Assembly: GCF_000007005.1 (NCBI RefSeq)
Contig: NC_002754.1
Source: Saccharolobus solfataricus P2
GTDB taxonomy: Archaea; Thermoproteota; Thermoprotei_A; Sulfolobales; Sulfolobaceae
Length of the DNA: 64,000 bases
Direction: 5' to 3' (one strand)
Shown: piece by piece, positions 51,762 through 62,223 of the stretch
How positions within the stretch are numbered: position 1 is the stretch's first letter
How the letters are laid out: every line of letters starts with the position of its first letter
Notes under the pieces: model-generated
Told to the model about the DNA's origin: nothing
What the model saw: only the letters and a program-made list of their open reading frames with translations
The model's database searches: none
Made by a program: the position numbers and the translations under genes

Positions 51762-53282
51762 ATGAGATTTTATATAAATCCTAGGAACAAGTATATAGAG
51801 GTTTATGGAGAGGGAAGAGAGGGCATAATTATTTTTCCAACATGGGTTCCCGGTTCTTATGTTATTAGAGATACTGAGAGATATGTTGTAGAAATAGATG
51901 GGATTAGAATAGGGAAGAACAGATTCTTCGTTAAGGATAAGTTCAGATATTTAATTCAAGCTCTTAGTAAAGATCAAAGGGAAGCAATCTCAACGAGCGA
52001 CTATTTATTTATAAATCCAGCATCAGTATTCCCATTTCAGACAATTGAAGAGGAGTACTGTGTTAAAATTAACGTTAGGTGGCCCATTCATACTACGCTA
52101 AAAAAAGTCGGAGATTGGTTTTGTGCTGATAATTACAATGAATTTGCGGACTCACCGATTCAAGCTTCACCTAAATTAAAGTTGATCGAAATTGATAGAA
52201 ATCATAAAATTTCTACTATTGATGAGCTTGATAAACCCATAGTAGAATCTCTAGGTAAATGTACATTTGAAATAGATCAGAATATATTTTCCGATTCCTC
52301 AACAAATGAGTACATATTCTTTTTTAGAAGATCCGATACCGATTTCGGCGGAATAGAGCATGAGAGATCTTCCTCCATTGTAATCTCATGGAACTATAAA
52401 GATCTTATTCGTTTGTTTATTCATGAGTATTTCCATAGATATAATGTAAAGAAGATTAGACCAAAAGATTTAAAGATAAATTACGAAAGTGAGACTTATA
52501 CTGAATTACTGTGGGTTGCAGAGGGTCTTACAGAATATATTGCAGTAATAGTCCCTTTGAGAACAAAAGTAGTAAAAGTTGACGATACCTTAAATTACAT
52601 TGCTAATACACTAGCATGGCTTACCTTCCCCGGAATAAGGAGAATGAGCTTAGCAGAGTCTTCCTATACTACATGGATAAAGTATTATCGCCGTGATAAT
52701 AATTTCTTAAATGTAGGTATTTCTTATTATCAGCTAGGTCTTATAGTTGGTCTTATAATGGATCTAGAGATGATTGACAGCGGTAACTCAATATATAATT
52801 TCTTTAGAGAATTATATAAGATAAGGGAATATACGTATGGAAACGTTAGAGATATAGCAGAGGGGTTAGGAGTTCAAAATATAGACGAATTGGTGTTTTC
52901 AAGAAATCCACCTATATTTAACAGATTGTCGAAATTTTTTAAACTGAGTTTCGTGGACAAAGGTTTTCCATACTGTGGTTTAATGCTAGATAATAAGAAG
53001 GTAACTTTTGTTGAAGATGACTCACCAGCAGATAAAGCAGGGATTATTCCGGGAGATGAAATAGTTGGGATAAACGGAATATCTTCTAGTAATTTAAATT
53101 TAGAATGTAAGGATAAACTGGAGTTAGTTATTAATCGAGAAGGGAGGCTTATAGAGTTTACGATTATACCAGATGGAAATCCCGGACACAATTTGGTTAT
53201 AAAAGGAAATGGAGAGATCTTCAAGAAATGGTCTGGTGGTATAGAATATGGAGAAGGAAAGTCAAATATAAGAATTATCTAG
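51762..53282 (+). CDS. M61 glycyl aminopeptidase-like metallopeptidase with PDZ domain
   Basis: PTWVPGSY, GGIEH, HEYFH, WVAEGLTEY; PDZ segment SPADKAGIIPGDEI. Confidence 0.9.
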   Translation: MRFYINPRNKYIEVYGEGREGIIIFPTWVPGSYVIRDTERYVVEIDGIRIGKNRFFVKDKFRYLIQALSKDQREAISTSDYLFINPASVFPFQTIEEEYCVKINVRWPIHTTLKKVGDWFCADNYNEFADSPIQASPKLKLIEIDRNHKISTIDELDKPIVESLGKCTFEIDQNIFSDSSTNEYIFFFRRSDTDFGGIEHERSSSIVISWNYKDLIRLFIHEYFHRYNVKKIRPKDLKINYESETYTELLWVAEGLTEYIAVIVPLRTKVVKVDDTLNYIANTLAWLTFPGIRRMSLAESSYTTWIKYYRRDNNFLNVGISYYQLGLIVGLIMDLEMIDSGNSIYNFFRELYKIREYTYGNVRDIAEGLGVQNIDELVFSRNPPIFNRLSKFFKLSFVDKGFPYCGLMLDNKKVTFVEDDSPADKAGIIPGDEIVGINGISSSNLNLECKDKLELVINREGRLIEFTIIPDGNPGHNLVIKGNGEIFKKWSGGIEYGEGKSNIRII

Positions 53283-53286
53283 TAGG

Positions 53287-54324
53287 TGCTTTGTGGATTG
53301 CTTCAGAATTGTACAAAAAGTTTATAGATTATTCGTTAAGTATTACCTATGGGAAAGAGTAAGTACAAGAGGGACTGGAGCAAGTACGACGAGAACGTCA
53401 TAACTAGATATAAGTTGATGTTCCCTTCTACGTATTCGAACATTGGTGGGACTTATTAGCAGAGGAGAACAGGAACGCTAGGACAAAGTATAAAGCTCCG
53501 AAGGAGTTCAACGAATTCCTAGCATTCTTACACATCTTCCTACCTTGCAATAGAAGGAGTATTAAGAGCCTTAGAACAATTGAAGATCATCCCCACAAGC
53601 CTCGAACAATATGGGAGAGAGTGAGGAACATGAACATAACCTTCCCCGAGACAAGTGATGAACTTGAAGTAATTGTAGACGCTACCGGCATTAGCACAAA
53701 CACGGGAGGACAATACATTGTTGCCAAGTGGGGTAAGACTATGGATTCAAAATTCCTCAAGATCGAGATAGTAATGGACAATAACGAATTCAACGTGGTA
53801 AACGCTGAGGTCACTAGCAACGAGGTTGAAAGTGCTGTAAAAACAGTTAAGGATCTTCAAGATAAGGGAAAGAAGGTCAAGAAGTTTTATGGAGATAAGG
53901 CATATGACGTCAATGAGGTTTACAAGACCGGAGTTGAGGTTGTAGTTCCTCCCAAGAAGAACGCTTCTACTAAACGCCATCCTGCTAGACGTAAGGCTGT
54001 GAGTGAGTTTAGGAAGTTGGGTTATGATCGTTGGAGGGAGGAGAAGGGTTATGGCGTTAGGTGGCGGGTCGAGTCCTTGTTCTCTGCGGTGAAGCGTACT
54101 TTTGGGGAATCGGTTAGACAAGTTTTGCTGGGCAAGTAGTTGAGGCTAAGCTCAAGTTCTGGGCTTACGCGTGGATGGTTAACTTGGCGAATTCTGTAGT
54201 CGGTAGGGCTCCGGGCATTAGGGTGTAAGCTTGAGAAGAACGTTGAAATAAATATTAATTACTGAAAAAATTAGTGTTATACAATATCGTTTTAATGAGA
54301 CAAATTAAACGAATCAACAAAGTA
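53287..54324 (+). mobile_element. ISC1058 (IS5/IS903 group), frameshifted
   Basis: TIR TGCTTTGTGGATT / TACTTTGTTGATT; transposase 53349-54228 with several small deletions; no TSD. Confidence 0.85.
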
Positions 54325-54372
54325 TATTGCACCAAAATCCTTATAAACTCTTTCTAAGGAAGCCTATACTAC

Positions 54373-54657
54373 ATGGAGCCATTCTATTTCAAGTCCTATA
54401 ATAGAACAGTAGGAATAGCTCATGATATAAATGAATTAGAGAAGGAGATAGAGAGACTAGGAAGGGATGATCCTGGTTGTGTTGAGTGGCATCTTAGGGA
54501 GGGGCATATTGTGGTTTGGTTGAACTATATTGGTGAGAGGGGTTTGGCTGAGATGTTGAGGGGGGTTGGTAACGTGAAGGAGGCGTTGGCTAGGATTAGG
54601 GAGTTTAAGGCATTGAAGAGTAGGCAGAGGAAGAGGACAAGATACTATAGCAAATAA
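54373..54657 (+). CDS. Small conserved archaeal protein (DUF5752-like)
   Basis: PFYFKSY...VEWHLREGHIVVWLNYIG. Confidence 0.65.
   Translation: MEPFYFKSYNRTVGIAHDINELEKEIERLGRDDPGCVEWHLREGHIVVWLNYIGERGLAEMLRGVGNVKEALARIREFKALKSRQRKRTRYYSK
54458..54656 (+). repeat. 199-bp exact direct repeat, copy 1
   Basis: Identical to 56083-56281. Confidence 0.95.
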
Positions 54658-54700
54658 TCCATTTTTTACGGTTAACTAAACTTCCAACTTTTTCTCAAGT

Positions 54701-54884
54701 TAGTATTTATAGGAAAATCGTTACACTTTTACGTTACGTTAAAAATATATAATGAATCTTTCCTGGTTAGATGAAAAATGTTTATTGATAAGCTATAATA
54801 TTAAGAAGTACAATGGAAGATATTTATAAATACATGGATAAATATTTTGACTTTTTATGATAAGGGAATTTCCTAAAACTACTA
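54701..54884. mobile_element. SM2-type MITE, copy 3 (184 bp)
   Basis: Same TIRs and body; TSD TCAAGT. Confidence 0.92.
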
Positions 54885-54906
54885 TCAAGTCTGGTCTATC
54901 GGACAT

Positions 54907-55071
54907 GTGCGATTCAAGTGTCTTTTGCGAATTGTAATTTGTAAATGATGCAGTTGTAAAAATGTTAACATTTGGTAATCATGTTTCTCTACTAATTAGT
55001 CGCCTTCATTTAGTTAATTTCATAGCAATCTTTAAAATAAAGTGAATTCGCAATGGATGTCTGAATCTCCC
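54907..55071. mobile_element. 165-bp MITE-like element with a 14-bp flanking direct repeat
   Basis: GGTCTATCGGACAT at 54893-54906 and 55072-55085; imperfect ~27-bp terminal IR (GATTCA...TTGCGAATT) placed symmetrically. Confidence 0.55.
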
Positions 55072-55303
55072 GGTCTATCGGACATAATTAAAAATCTGAA
55101 GTCTAAATTTTAAAAATCTTGAAAATTCGTCTTTGCCTTTAAAGGCTAGACTCTCAGTAGTGAGGAATTAAGACTATGAAAAGATTATCGAGTGAAGATT
55201 ATCATTAAATTCTTCTAGGATTGATTAAAAATACAAGCTATGAGATTCTCTGTTCTGATATTAAGAAGTTAAACTTTATACCTATTGAGTTAAACTATTA
55301 TTT

Positions 55304-55543
55304 ATGATGGTCACAAAGGTACACAAAAAGGGAATAGTAGTTATCCCAAAGGAAATAAGGGAAAAGTTTAACATCAAGGAGAGGGATGAAGTAATTATTT
55401 ACAGTGACGAATATGGGATTCACATATTACCAAAGAAGTCGCCAGAGGAATTATTTGGAATAGATAGAGGAAAAAGTTTGGAAGAGCTGGCTAAGGAACA
55501 TATTAAAGAAAGGGAAACTGAACGTGCGAAAGTACATCCTTGA
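55304..55543 (+). CDS. vapB: AbrB/MazE-fold antitoxin (VapB)
   Basis: KVHKKGIVVIPKEIREKFNIKERDEV; overlaps vapC. Confidence 0.88.
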   Translation: MMVTKVHKKGIVVIPKEIREKFNIKERDEVIIYSDEYGIHILPKKSPEELFGIDRGKSLEELAKEHIKERETERAKVHP

Positions 55544-55904
55544 TGCTAATATTATATTTCAATTCTTCTCTGGTTCACCTAATGTTAAGAAGTATCTATT
55601 AAATAATGACGAGAAGTTTGTTAACGCTGTAAATCTTTCAGAATTCGCATATCATTACGCAAGGAAATTCGGCCTTAGGGCCTCGAGCGTCAAATTGAAC
55701 TACCTCTTGACCTTCATAAATCTTGTGGAAATCGATAAGACACTTGCGGAAATAGCTTCGAAAATAAGATTAAAATACAATCTATCCCTAGATGATTCCT
55801 TTCTCATCGCCACAGCAGAGGTAATTGAGGGAATAGTTGTCGCATCTGATCACGAGTTAGCAGAAAGAACGGCAAAAGATTATAATGTGGAATTTATACT
55901 CTAG
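55524..55904 (+). CDS. vapC: PIN-domain toxin (VapC)
   Basis: YILDAN, LSEF, SLDDSFLIATA, ASDHEL acidic PIN motifs. Confidence 0.9.
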   Translation: MRKYILDANIIFQFFSGSPNVKKYLLNNDEKFVNAVNLSEFAYHYARKFGLRASSVKLNYLLTFINLVEIDKTLAEIASKIRLKYNLSLDDSFLIATAEVIEGIVVASDHELAERTAKDYNVEFIL

Positions 55905-56082
55905 AATAATTTTAATAAAATGAAGATACAACTTTATCCGCATAAAAAATCTTACAGTACTGCTTCAAATTTTAAATCTTAATTTTTCCCAATCAAGGTG
56001 TTTTTCGGTGTTATACACTTTTTCTTCAAGCTTCTGAGTGGGAAACGCATCGGGCTAATCTATTATAGCCCTATTGTAATAA

Positions 56083-56281
56083 TAGGAAGGGATGATCCTG
56101 GTTGTGTTGAGTGGCATCTTAGGGAGGGGCATATTGTGGTTTGGTTGAACTATATTGGTGAGAGGGGTTTGGCTGAGATGTTGAGGGGGGTTGGTAACGT
56201 GAAGGAGGCGTTGGCTAGGATTAGGGAGTTTAAGGCATTGAAGAGTAGGCAGAGGAAGAGGACAAGATACTATAGCAAATA
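56083..56281 (+). repeat. 199-bp exact direct repeat, copy 2 (5'-less gene fragment)
   Basis: Identical to 54458-54656; lacks the start and the stop codon. Confidence 0.95.
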
Positions 56282-56287
56282 CACTTT

Positions 56288-57055
56288 TTATAAAAATTCA
56301 TATTTTGTTGTTATCATTATTTCTGCGTCCTTATCGTATTCTCTCTTAAACTTTAATGCTAAGTCCCTAGCTTCATCCATACTATCAACCACATTTACAA
56401 ATATTCCAGCTTTATCATCTTCTATTTCAGTGAAAGCGTACTTAGCAAAGAAATTTTTCCCGTCTTCTACTTTAGATGTAAATACTGCAAATATAGATAT
56501 TTCTGCCTTATTTAAATCTATAATAGGGATCAATCGGATGAATTTCTTGCTATATAAATATCTTAGATGCCTTCTGATCGTTTTAGACGATACACCCAAT
56601 TCTTCGGCAAGCTCAATTGGTTTTATTAGAGGTTTCTCTTTGAGGATACTCACTACTTTCAAGTCGAACTTAGATGGGCTATAAGGCATCTGATTTGGTA
56701 TATAAATCATTCTTGGTTCTCCTAACTTCTCGCTCATTTTTCGTATTTTTTCATCAAGTTCAACTCTACTCTTTGAATCGATTTCATAAACGTTAATTTC
56801 TTCTAAACACTCAATTTTAGCTATGTAATCTCCATCCCAATCGTATAAATTGTTAAAGGCCACGTAGCCATGGTATCTGCCTAGGAAATTCGGATTTACA
56901 TAAACTGTAAATCTTTTGATTATATCCCCAAATAACTTTTCCATTCTGTAGCTTACTGCTGGTGGAGATATGCCTAACATGATTGCTATTTTTCTTTGTG
57001 GTGTTCTAGCGTCCTTTAGAAGTATCTTCAAAATTCCCTTATCTATTGAGTCCAT
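56288..57055 (-). CDS. Lrp/AsnC-like regulator with two HTH domains
   Basis: MDSIDKGILKILLKDARTP...ISPPAVSYRMEKL and a second FDLKVVSIL...LAEELGVSSKTIRRHL. Confidence 0.85.
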   Translation of the reverse strand: MDSIDKGILKILLKDARTPQRKIAIMLGISPPAVSYRMEKLFGDIIKRFTVYVNPNFLGRYHGYVAFNNLYDWDGDYIAKIECLEEINVYEIDSKSRVELDEKIRKMSEKLGEPRMIYIPNQMPYSPSKFDLKVVSILKEKPLIKPIELAEELGVSSKTIRRHLRYLYSKKFIRLIPIIDLNKAEISIFAVFTSKVEDGKNFFAKYAFTEIEDDKAGIFVNVVDSMDEARDLALKFKREYDKDAEIMITTKYEFL

Positions 57056-57113
57056 AATTACCTATCCCATTTATGTTTTATATCCTTTTCTTACAATACT
57101 GTTTTAAAAGTTT

Positions 57114-57713
57114 TCACAATATTTCTTCTTTTTCACTTATCTTTTTGAGACCTTCGAATAAGGAGTTTGTATTTCTTTCATTAAAGGGTAGTTTTATTAT
57201 AGTATACTCTCCAGAATATATCCCATACATAAAAAGTATTACATCTCTCTCGTACAAAAAAGTGTAAATAAGTGCTTGCATTAGGTCGACCTTCTTAAGT
57301 TCAGGTTTGCTCTTTATTTCTATCACAAGATCGTCAGAGCAAATATCGGCCTGCCCAACCAACTTGATATTTCCTATTCTCTCTATCCTCTTATCACAAT
57401 AGTATAATTTCCTCTCATTAACTACCTCGTAAAGAAGCTCTAGAGCTTTATTCAAATTATAGTAAAATGGTAAATATTTCTCATTAATTCTGATAATGCC
57501 ATTTATTAGATATTCTTGCAAATACTCATGAAGTAATTGACCTAGCTTTCCGTTACTGGGCATTCTCAACTCTAGTATATAATATTGGGAAAGTACTTCG
57601 TACTCTATATCCTTGTAGTTAATGAAATAGCCTAATTTCTTTTTTAGACTATTTTCCACCATTCTGCTTTTCTGATCGGAGTTTAAATAGATTTTTCCAA
57701 AAAACCAAGACAT
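57114..57713 (-). CDS. Solo Cas4/RecB-like PD-(D/E)XK nuclease lacking the Fe-S cysteine cluster
   Basis: GQLLH, GQAD, VIEIKS and QALIY motifs; no C-terminal CxxC-x-C. Confidence 0.7.
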   Translation of the reverse strand: MSWFFGKIYLNSDQKSRMVENSLKKKLGYFINYKDIEYEVLSQYYILELRMPSNGKLGQLLHEYLQEYLINGIIRINEKYLPFYYNLNKALELLYEVVNERKLYYCDKRIERIGNIKLVGQADICSDDLVIEIKSKPELKKVDLMQALIYTFLYERDVILFMYGIYSGEYTIIKLPFNERNTNSLFEGLKKISEKEEIL

Positions 57714-57775
57714 ATCTAGTATGAATTTAGCTTGAATATTACCATAATTATAAACGTTTTAGGATCGATAGTGAT

Positions 57776-58942
57776 TTAAGTTCTTCCTCTTCTCCAATCT
57801 GTCTTAGGTAGTATTACGTGTTTAAATGATTCTAGTCTATTCTTATAAGGAATCAAATCCTCTATTATGTTTCTTATCTCATTCTTCAAGTTCTTTTTAG
57901 GACTGAATCCCAAGGATGGCAATATTTTAGTTTCAACGTTATAATAGTGCTCTTCTTTCTCTACTCTAGGATTATTTACATTTTGTATCTTTACCGTTAA
58001 CCCCATGGACTCGCCAACTTCTTTAACCATGTTTGCAATTTGACCAACACTATAGACTTCATGAATCTGATTAACGACTCTATATTCTCCTTGGCTAGGA
58101 GGATGTTCAAGTAAAATTGTTAATGCTTGCATACTATCTTCAAGTGAGATAAATCCTCTGGTTTGTCCTCCTTTTCCATAAGGTGTTAACGGAAGACCTA
58201 ATACTGCTTCCACACAATACCTATTAACAACTGTTCCCCAAACTTCATCAAAATCAAACCTTGTCCTTAACTTCTCATCTATAATTTCCTCAGTTCTAGT
58301 ACCATATACAGGACCTTGCATAATATCAGTGATAGTTAAGTTCCATACTTTATTTGCCCACATTAAGTTATAGCTGTCATAAACTTTACTCCAATGATAC
58401 CAACTGCTCGCCCATTTAGGAAATGGAATCTTATCCTTTTTACCATTTATCTCGACTTCTACGAATGGTGACTCCAGTATATCGTAATTTGGAGTTCCGT
58501 ACTCTCCCATTGTCCCCATCTTTAAGATATGAATACTAGGATCTACTTTAATGATCGAATAGATTAGATTTATTGTACTGGTCAGATTGTTTATTAGTGT
58601 ATAATTAGCGTGGTTCACATCAATCATCGAGTAAGGAGCAGATCTTTGTTCGGCAAAATGTACTATTGCTTCCGGTTTATGCCTCTGAATAATTTCATGT
58701 AATTTATCGAAATCCTTAACATCAGCCCTATAAAAAGTTATATCAACGTCAAGTAATTTTCTTGCTGCTGAAATCCTTTCCTCAGGATCTGGTAATGGAA
58801 ATGCGGAATCTGATCCTACTTCCCTTACCGCATCCCTGGTATATAAGTTATCTACTCCAATGACTTCATGTCCTCTTTTAGCTAATCGTAAGGCTAGAGC
58901 CCATCCTAAGTAACCATCAGCACCTAAAATAATTACTTTCAT
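57776..58942 (-). CDS. agl3: UDP-sulfoquinovose synthase
   Basis: GADGYLG, HFAEQRSAPYS, KMGTMGEYGTP, YHWSK, RFDFDEVWGTVVNR. Confidence 0.93.
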   Translation of the reverse strand: MKVIILGADGYLGWALALRLAKRGHEVIGVDNLYTRDAVREVGSDSAFPLPDPEERISAARKLLDVDITFYRADVKDFDKLHEIIQRHKPEAIVHFAEQRSAPYSMIDVNHANYTLINNLTSTINLIYSIIKVDPSIHILKMGTMGEYGTPNYDILESPFVEVEINGKKDKIPFPKWASSWYHWSKVYDSYNLMWANKVWNLTITDIMQGPVYGTRTEEIIDEKLRTRFDFDEVWGTVVNRYCVEAVLGLPLTPYGKGGQTRGFISLEDSMQALTILLEHPPSQGEYRVVNQIHEVYSVGQIANMVKEVGESMGLTVKIQNVNNPRVEKEEHYYNVETKILPSLGFSPKKNLKNEIRNIIEDLIPYKNRLESFKHVILPKTDWRRGRT

Positions 58943-59035
58943 CAATAATGTGAAGGTTGTGGAAATAAAAAAGCTTATGGTAAGGGTAAGGCTAACTAAC
59001 GAGAAAAGTTAAATCCGCATCCGTTAAATCGGAAA

Positions 59036-59962
59036 TTATTGCTTAACAGTCTGTAATAGATGATCTAAATTCTCCTTATAAACTCTATAGAAGTCCTCAA
59101 CAGACTTATTTAACCTTTGCCTATCACTCTCTGGTAATACACCCTCCAAACTCGGTCCTATTTCAGCTCCTACAACTATTGGAACACTTATGTGGATTAT
59201 TTCACCTTGATAAGTTCTAGGGGTTGCGATACTCATTACTCTTCCCTCATTAAAGACTACTGATCTCACGATATCCTTTATTATAGTTGCAGGTCCCCAT
59301 GTTGTTCCTCCCATTACCCTTATTATTTCCCCTGGTATTGACTTGACGTAATTTTCAACTTCCTCTTTAGTTAATCCCTTAGCTACTTCCTCAAAAGGTT
59401 TTCCATTAACCTTAACTGTGCTCCATAATACCACTGCATCTTCTCCATGCTCTCCTGCTACGTATCCAGTTACTTTGTTCGCTGGGACCTTGAGTTTCTT
59501 GGCTATGTATGATCTAAGTCTCATTGTCTCCACTGCATCGCCAGTACTTATTGTAAATTGTTTAGAGAATCTCATAAATACTGATGCCATCATGTCCACG
59601 GGATTTGCAACCATTATATATAGTGCCCCTGGATTTTTAGGTGGAAGCTGTTTTGCAAGGTCTATTTGTATTTTCGCATTGTCAATAAACAAGTCCCTTC
59701 TGCTCATTCCAGGTTTCCTGGGCTTACCTGCCATAATTAGTATGATATCAGCATTGGTCACATCATCAAGAGAGTTAGTACCAATAACTTCAGTGGAAAG
59801 ACCTCGCGTAGCTATTGCGTGTCTTAACTCGTGTTCAAACTTTTCTGGTAATTCCGGTACAATATCATATAGTATAGCTTCACTAGCCAAGCCGTCAAAA
59901 ATTACAGAATAAGCTATTGTCTGGCCTATTTTTCCTACTCCTATAAAAGCTATTTTTACCAT
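59036..59962 (-). CDS. mdh: Malate dehydrogenase (LDH-like)
   Basis: [29 protein letters not shown]; start placed at MVKIAF. Confidence 0.92.
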
Positions 59963-60059
59963 ATTATCACGAGTATAAATATGCATTCTAAAGTATATTA
60001 AGCTTTTTTCAATGTTCATTATAGTTCGACTTTTATACTCCCTTTAATTTTACTCTATT

Positions 60060-61367
60060 ATGGAAATAGCTGAAAAGATTGCTGAATTTGTGAGTTCAGT
60101 AAATTATCAAAATTTAAGTGAAAAGGTTATACATGAGGCAAAAAGAAGAATAATTGATGCAATAGCAGTAGCTCGTGGAGCATTAAATTCCCCACCTCAT
60201 TTAGTTAACAAAAACGTGGTAACATACTTTCTGGGTTCTGTACCTCTACTTTTTGGAGGAAATGCAACTCCAGATTTCGCAGCATTTTACAATACTTTCT
60301 TAATTAGATATCTCGATTTTAATGATACTTACCTTTCAAAGGAGCCCCTACATCCTAGTGACATGATAGGGGCTTTCTTATCCTTAGGTTCCCTATTTAA
60401 TTTAGAAGGGAAGGATGTAATAGAAGCTGTTGCTATAGGATATGAGGTCGGTGTAAAGTTATGCGACGCAACATCATTGAGAAAGAAAGGTTTTGATCAC
60501 GTGACTTTCCTTCAAGTTGGAGCTGCAGCAGGTTTAGCTAAGATGTTAAAATTGGACGAAAAATCTACTGTTAACGCTATTTCATTAACATTAGTACCAA
60601 ATATTGCACTTAGAGAGACTAGATCTGGGGAATTATCGATGTGGAAGGCTGGTGCAGCAGCAGATGCCTCAAGGAAAGCGGTTTTTGGAGCGCTATTAGC
60701 TAAATTTGGAATGACGAGCCCTTCAAAGCCTTTCTCAGGTAGATTAGGTTTTGTAAACGTTGTGGCAAAAGATTTTGACTCTACGGTGTTTAATCGCCTA
60801 GAGGACGATGGTATACTTAAAACCAGCTTAAAGAAATATCCAGTGGAGTATCATGCTGAGGCAGTGGTAGAAGCTGGGAAGAGTTTTAACGTTAACGTTG
60901 ATGATATAATTAAGATAGAAGTCGAAACCTATGAAGCAGCTAAGACAATAATAGCAGATGAGGAGAAATGGAATCCTACCAATAAGGAGACAGCAGATCA
61001 TAGTCTGCCCTACATCCTGGCTTATACCTTAATTAAGAAGGATTTCTGGCTTGACGCATACGATAAAGAGATGATATTTAATGAAAAAATAAGAAATTTA
61101 ATGAAAAAGATTACTGTTATTGAGGATGAAAAATATACTAGTATATATCCGAAGGAGCTACCCGTTAAGGTCACAATCTATACCACTAAGGGTAAAGATA
61201 CGATCGAAGTTAGGAACCCTAGAGGATATTATAATAATCCAATGACTGATGCTGAAGTTGAAGAAAAATACTTAAGGCTGAAAGGTAGAAAGGAAGAGTT
61301 AAATATTTTGTGGAATATGGAAGAATTAAAGGTGAAGGAGATTGTCTCAAGTATTAAGGGAAGCTGA
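60060..61367 (+). CDS. prpD: MmgE/PrpD 2-methylcitrate dehydratase
   Basis: RYLDFNDTY, HPSD, KKYPVEYH, ETADHSLPY. Confidence 0.9.
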   Translation: MEIAEKIAEFVSSVNYQNLSEKVIHEAKRRIIDAIAVARGALNSPPHLVNKNVVTYFLGSVPLLFGGNATPDFAAFYNTFLIRYLDFNDTYLSKEPLHPSDMIGAFLSLGSLFNLEGKDVIEAVAIGYEVGVKLCDATSLRKKGFDHVTFLQVGAAAGLAKMLKLDEKSTVNAISLTLVPNIALRETRSGELSMWKAGAAADASRKAVFGALLAKFGMTSPSKPFSGRLGFVNVVAKDFDSTVFNRLEDDGILKTSLKKYPVEYHAEAVVEAGKSFNVNVDDIIKIEVETYEAAKTIIADEEKWNPTNKETADHSLPYILAYTLIKKDFWLDAYDKEMIFNEKIRNLMKKITVIEDEKYTSIYPKELPVKVTIYTTKGKDTIEVRNPRGYYNNPMTDAEVEEKYLRLKGRKEELNILWNMEELKVKEIVSSIKGS

Positions 61368-62199
61368 TTTCTTAATGGTTCCGGGAGTTTTTAATCCTTT
61401 TACTGCAATTCTGGCAAAAAAGGTAGGTTTTAAGGCTGTATACTTATCAGGTGCTGCTCTTACATCATCTTACGGCTTACCAGACATAGGTTTAATAACA
61501 TTAGATGAAGTTGCTGAGATGATAAGAAGAATTAAAGAAGTTGTTGATATCCCGATAATAGTTGATTCAGATACCGGGTTTGGTGAGGCAATGAACGTTT
61601 ATAGAACTGTAAGAGTCCTAGAAAAAGCAGGTGCTGATGCTATTCAAATAGAGGATCAAAGAATGCCAAAGAAATGTGGGCACTTAGAGGGTAAAGAGGT
61701 CGTGGAGCCTTTAGAAATGGTTCAAAAGATAAAGGCTGCTTTAAAGGCTAGAAGAGATGCTTTAATAATAGCAAGAGTAGATTCTCGTGGTGTAATTGGT
61801 CTTGACGATGCAATAGAGAGGGCTAAGATTTATTTAGAGGCAGGAGCTGATATAATATTTCCAGAGGCTTTAACCAGTAAGGAGGAATTCACTAAGTTCG
61901 CTAAAGAGGTAAAAGCCCCGTTATTAGCTAATATGACTGAATTTGGTAAAACCCCTTACATTAAAGCTCAAGAGTTTAAGGAGATGGGTTACAAATATGT
62001 AATATTCCCTGTTACTATATTTAGGGTAGCAGCTAAGGCGATGAAGGATGCCTTAGAGGTTTTATTAAGAGAGGGAACACAAATCAACTTATTAGATAAA
62101 ATGATTAATAGGCAACAGCAATATGAGATAATTGATTACTTCTTCTACGAGAGATTAGACAAGGAATTAGGTAGTATAAAACTCGTTAGAAAGCTTTAA
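61342..62199 (+). CDS. prpB: 2-methylisocitrate lyase
   Basis: DSDTGFG, IEDQ, KKCGH catalytic loop, LANMTEFGKT. Confidence 0.92.
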   Translation: MSQVLREADFLMVPGVFNPFTAILAKKVGFKAVYLSGAALTSSYGLPDIGLITLDEVAEMIRRIKEVVDIPIIVDSDTGFGEAMNVYRTVRVLEKAGADAIQIEDQRMPKKCGHLEGKEVVEPLEMVQKIKAALKARRDALIIARVDSRGVIGLDDAIERAKIYLEAGADIIFPEALTSKEEFTKFAKEVKAPLLANMTEFGKTPYIKAQEFKEMGYKYVIFPVTIFRVAAKAMKDALEVLLREGTQINLLDKMINRQQQYEIIDYFFYERLDKELGSIKLVRKL

Positions 62200-62223
62200 A
62201 TTTTTATATATGAAATTTAAATT

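Noticed and set aside
55998-56684. 228-aa plus-strand ORF
   Set aside because: Chimera of the duplicated gene tail reading through into the antisense of the Lrp-like gene.
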